From Laetmonice hystrix (Eukaryota), in contig OZ249450.1 of NCBI GenBank assembly GCA_965235115.1, positions 4,464,001 through 4,528,000 of the forward strand: 64,000 nucleotides of DNA. The letters run 5' to 3'. The notes beneath the pieces were generated by a model. The model was not told the DNA's origin. It ran no database searches and saw only the letters and a list, made by a program, of their open reading frames with translations. Below are positions 60,418 to 64,000 of the stretch, one piece after another (position 1 is the stretch's first letter; each line of letters starts with the position of its first letter). A program made the position numbers and the translations under genes.

Positions 60418-62211
60418 GGCCATTCAGGTGCTCGGTAAAGATATATGTAAACACAGCGCAATTTCGTGACCGTAACTGTTCGGCCCCTGACATGACCTTT
60501 GACCCCAGAGCTCACGTCGGGTTCGTTAACCGGTACGCCCTCTACCGGACGGGAGAGGATGCCTCCGTGTAGACCTCCATACAGTGTTGAACACATTCCT
60601 CCCGCGGCTATTGGCTCGCTCCACGTTGCCAACAGCAACATTTGTCGGCCATGCCAAAGTCTTTAACATGCGACGACATTTTGATACTATCTACACGGGA
60701 CCGGTCGCATGCCGTAGCCTGGGCGATATTATGGGTGGTTCCTGTTTCCACTGCGCCGTATTGTTCTTGGTCGGCGACGCTTAATGGCGTCTGAGAGTCA
60801 CGTAGACGCTGGGAGACGCCACTCAGATTTAATGTTGTCACTTAGCGTCGGCCCCCAGGCTCCGTCATGAAAACACCACATATAACATAATCATATTATA
60901 ACGACTAAAATCTGCACCACCGACGCGTATATAAACCCGACCGTTTTACATGGTCACTGCATACCGTCATCAACTCTTGGCTAGAGGGAAAGAGAGTTTT
61001 TATGCCACTTGTATAGGCTCTACGATTATGGCTTTTATTAACATATACGTGATATGTAGAAGTCAATTATAAGTGGATTGTCATCAATCATTAGTTATAC
61101 TGATGCGCAGCGCTGTATTTTTTGCCAGCAAGTACATGTCGTGTGGTCCTGCTACGTATATGCATAAAAACTTAACTGCCTCTTCAGTCCAGGCAATACA
61201 TCTATTCAATGATTTACGTCACTGTGGCTATTGTCATTTGGCAAATTTTAAGCTAAGAACTGGATATTGAGTTGGTAGTTTGTGTCTTAAATTTCGGCAG
61301 TCCTGCAGTATCTAAATAGTTAGGGTTAGAGTTAGGGTTAGGGTGGCTACCTTATTCAGGGTGGCTGGGATCGAGGTAACCCGAGAGAGCGGCGTATGGT
61401 GACCAGTTTTATAGTCATGTGACCGGCGCAGGGATTCCTGGGAGCGGTGTCAAAAGTCAACAGTCACTGTGGACGCTGGGTCTAGAAGTCACCACCGTCG
61501 CTTGACCTCGTATTGACTTAGGTCAAGGCCGAGGTCAAGGTCAAGGAAAGAGGCGCTCAGGCCAGTGCATTAATGGAGCATTCGGTTCGGTCAGTTGGAG
61601 GAGTATTATGTCCCGCTTGGTTATCTAGGCAGGGCTCGCCGTGACCCCGCCAAGGTCAGGACGGTTTGTTGTCAGGCCAGTCACCGCCAGCCTTGGTTTC
61701 TGTTTAAGTACAGGTGTGTCTCACATTTCATCGTATGGGGAGGAGGGGGGGGGGGGGGCTGTATGACACACTTTGCCAAGGTAACATGCCATTTACCTGT
61801 GCTGCCGCCTGGGGACATTGGCTAAAGATTTATGACTTGGTGTGCTGGGTGTGAGGAAATTAGGTGCTCACAGTGGTCACTCCTGACGGTGGGTGTCTGT
61901 ATGATAAATACACGAGGACACCCCAGCCAACACCTCCATCCCCGCTCACTGTCAAAACCCAGTCATTCACTTCTCACTAAGGTCACTCTCATTGGAGGAG
62001 TATTTCATAGAGAATCATATTCAGCCAGGTTGGTAAGGGTTATAGGTGACGACATGGGTCGAGCATGCTCGCAGTAGTACTCCGATCACGTGACACCGTG
62101 TATGTCTGGTCGCGGCGTTCCTCAGGGAACGCTAGAGATCGTGGCGCGCATCGTGGTGAATGTTGAATTAGATCAATGAGCAACGTTCACGGCAAACACG
62201 TGTCAGGGTCG

Positions 62212-63190
62212 TACTGGTGTGGAGGCACGCCGGCGGGAGGGGATCCTGTACCGGTGTGGAGGGGATCCTGTACCGGTATGGAAGGAGCCGGCGGGCGGGG
62301 ATCCTGTACCGGTGTGGAGGGGATCCTGTACCGGTGTGGAGGGAGCCGGCGGGCGGGGATCCTGTACCGGTGTGGAGGGGATCCTGTACCGGTATGGAGG
62401 GAGACGGCGGGAGGGGATCCTGTACCGGTATGGAGGGGATCCTGTACCGGTATGGAGGGGATCCTGTACCGGTGTGGAAGGGATCCTGTACCGGTGTGGA
62501 GGGGATCCTGTACCGGTGTGGAGGGGATCCTGTACCGGTGTGGAGGGGATCCGATCCTGTACCGGTGTGGAAGGGATCCTGTACCGGTGTGGAGGGGATC
62601 CTGTACCGGTGTGGAGGGGATCCTGTACCGGTATGGAGGCACGCCGGCGGGAGGGGATCCTGTACCGGTATAGGGAGCCTCACGCCGGCGGGAGGGGATC
62701 CTGTATCGGTATGGACGGAGCCGCACGCCGGCGGGAGGGGATCCTGTGTGGAGGGAGCTCACGCCGGCGGGAGGGGATCCTGTGTGGAGGGAGCTCACGC
62801 CGGCGGGAGGGGATCCTGTGTGGAGGGAGCTCACGCCGGCGGGAGGGGATCCTGTACCGGTGTGGAGGGGGCCGGCGGGAGGGGATCCTCTACCGGTATG
62901 GAAGGAGCTGACGCCGGCGGGAGGGGATCCTGTGTGGAGGGAGCTCACGCCGGCGGGAGGGGATCCTGTGTGGAGGGAGCCGCACGCCGGCGGGAGGGGA
63001 TCCTGTGTGGAGGGAGCTCACGCCGGCGGGAGGGGATCCTCTACCGGTATGGAAGGAGCCTCACGCCGGCGAGAGGGGATCCTGTGTGGAGGGAGCTCAC
63101 GCCGGCGGGAGGGGATCCTATACCGATGCGGAGGGAGCCTCACGCCGGGATCCTGTGTGGAGGGAGCTGACGCCGGCGGGAGGGGATCCT
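62212..63190. repeat. Complex GC-rich minisatellite built from 22-bp and 36-bp related units
   Basis: GGGGATCCTGTACCGGTGTGGA (period 22) and GGGGATCCTGTGTGGAGGGAGCTCACGCCGGCGGGA (period 36) are intermixed. This explains the many overlapping ORFs. Confidence 0.96.
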
Positions 63191-64000
63191 ATGTCAGGCC
63201 CTTGTCCCACCCCGCCGGGATATGTTGACAGAGAGTCGACCGCCCAGATCAGTTTGAAAGGTTGAGAGGGATCAGGTCAAGGTGTCAGTTGACCCGTCAA
63301 GACGTCAGCCCGTCCTGAGACCGCTCCCATGTTGAGGGTTATCTATATGCCGGACCCTCCGTCACTGAGGCATGTGGCCCGAATCATAGCTTTCCTCATT
63401 TGGTCGGTGGAGAGTGGCATAACAACGTATTGAGGGGGAAATAGGGCTGGACCGGTCGTTGACATGGAGAGTGGCTACTGAAGTTTGGAGCTGCTAATGG
63501 ACCTCTTGACCTTCGTGACCTTGAGGTCACCAGACTAACAATAGCAAGTCCCCGCTCTAACAGGAGCTTCTACCTGCTGGGGTAAAGACCTGCAAACCAA
63601 TACGCAGGAAAAGTATTATTTTACGAAGGAGTCAGTCATTGAGTTCAAGTGTTTACAAAGTTTCACGCTTGGCTTCTTTCCACACTCAAAGGGAAAAGGC
63701 AGAGCGAATGCATGAAATATATAAAAGGCAATGTCAATGACAGACTCTTAGGTGATGAGGTGCAGAGGTCGAACCCGACATAAATTTCTTCACAAAGACA
63801 TTTTTGGAAGACAGTGAATAGAACATCGCGATACGATCATTTTATTCCGGAAACCGTACGACAGGCATAATGGTTTGAGCGGCAGGTATACTGATATCTT
63901 GAGATTGGTGTTTGTAGATTGAGAGATACCGTTATATATGATACCTGTGTGGGCGTTCTCCTGTGTATCTCTATGTGCCAGGAGTCGGTCCTGGCACATA

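Noticed and set aside
25004-63170. Long ORFs of 130-317 aa at 25.0-25.7, 30.3-31.7, 39.6-40.8, 41.7-42.2, 50.3-51.3 and 62.2-63.2 kb as genes
   Set aside because: They are translations of stop-poor tandem units, open in several frames and on both strands, and are broken by frame-shifting unit variants.
773-63190. Arrays as CRISPR loci
   Set aside because: Units are directly adjacent with no unique spacers, there are no cas-like ORFs, and the context is eukaryotic.
773-63190. Apparent excess of unit lengths divisible by 3, and repeated 32-bp and 39-bp unit sizes
   Set aside because: About half of some 16 unit types is too few to distinguish from chance, and the same-length units are unrelated in sequence.

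Overview
Eukaryotic (animal) genomic DNA, most likely a repeat-rich marine invertebrate. That assignment is an inference from the SINE tail, MITE and LINE types and cannot be confirmed here. About 12 kb (about 19%) of the window is made of 15 unrelated minisatellite arrays with units of 18-99 bp. These arrays explain essentially all long ORFs in the supplied track. Also present are decayed non-LTR retrotransposon fragments (a clear L1/Tx1-type endonuclease relic at 16.6-17.3 kb, a weaker I/Nimb-like LINE at 2-4.5 kb and other relics), two TIR-bounded MITEs, a probable SINE, and a dispersed GGGTTAG/CCCTAAC-rich element family. No protein family could be recognised with confidence. A series of small AG...GT-bounded open segments on the minus strand, some phase-compatible, suggests a multi-exon gene of unknown identity, but this is low confidence. 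I found no rRNA, tRNA, CRISPR or prokaryotic features. The most notable pattern is that several arrays appear to be amplified from exon/intron boundaries of the putative minus-strand gene. I cannot support a novel multi-gene system from this sequence.
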